From: Bigelowiella natans CCMP2755
Lineage: Eukaryota > Protista > Cercozoa
Length of the DNA stretch: 47,650 bases
NCBI GenBank assembly: GCA_000320545.1
Contig: ADNK01002558.1
Span: forward strand, 1 to 47,650
Direction: 5' to 3'
Numbering within the stretch: the stretch's first letter is position 1; every line of letters starts with the position of its first letter. Below, one piece after another: positions 47,285 through 47,650 of the stretch. Position numbers and translations under genes: made by a program. The notes under the pieces are model-generated. The model saw only the letters and a program-made list of their open reading frames with translations, did no database searches and had not been told where the DNA came from.

Positions 47285-47423
47285 TCTCCCTATCTCTTAT
47301 CTCCTCCTCCCCCAGCAGCATCGTTATAGCAACCTTGGTGTTAGGGTTTAAGGCGAGCTTTTTGTCCTTGCGCCTCGACTCTTTCAGAACGCGAATACTC
47401 CTCAAAAAATCTACGTTTTCCAT
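46212..47423 (-). CDS. Unknown basic, helical multi-exon protein; exon structure partly unresolved
   Basis: Coding-like segments MENVDFLRSIRVLKESRRKDKKLALNPNTK, AIHVKKKHKARYPRPWREPG, RLLSSQGRIEKPYLPKISWEHRK, LTGMAMKRMRKEHQMQRQNERQRRKE, RLARRRQR...EEKPDNEDYFKL*, separated by microsatellite-bearing introns. Confidence 0.5.
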
Positions 47424-47492
47424 TCGCCGAAGTGCCTTTCAAAACAAAGTCATTTCAATGTTCCCTAGATGTTTGCTATCTTATCCTCTCCA

Positions 47493-47566
<74 letters not shown>

Positions 47567-47650
47567 TGTGCCTTCATATTCTTTGGAAGTTGACCGAATT
47601 TCCCTTACTTACTTTAAGGTGCTTATAACTGAGGTTTCCTCGCCAATTAA

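Overview
Intron-rich eukaryotic genomic DNA. Two bipartite signal+transit presequences suggest a chlorarachniophyte-like alga with a secondary plastid; this is inference, not a taxonomic determination. About ten multi-exon genes are present: a secreted Cys-rich protein, adenosine kinase, a tocopherol-cyclase-like protein, a WW/RhoGAP/PH protein, an unknown membrane protein, a His-rich plastid-targeted protein head-to-head with a plastid-targeted nickel superoxide dismutase, an RBR E3 ligase, an H3.3-like histone, AP-5 zeta, and an unknown basic protein. Most intergenic gaps hold islands of decayed repeats. A young, intact Ty3/gypsy LTR retrotransposon (19831-25546, minus strand, 326-bp LTRs, GATG target-site duplication, single 1657-aa ORF) has a near-identical partial copy at 1-1877. 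Main discoveries: (1) The intact element is inserted into an older copy of its own family in which every homologous TpA examined is lost, almost all to TpG or CpA. All 8 Tyr became Cys or His. The same TpA loss, sparing mainly CTAG, marks other repeat islands but not genes, promoters or the young copies, which looks like a repeat-targeted A-to-G 'reverse-RIP' hypermutation process. (2) The active element's polyprotein ends in a Dam-like N6-adenine methyltransferase-fold domain with eroded catalytic motifs. (3) A divergent gene pair encodes a plastid Ni-SOD and a small plastid-targeted protein with an 11-His tail, a candidate nickel-delivery partner. All alignments, counts and exon models are by eye; no databases were searched.
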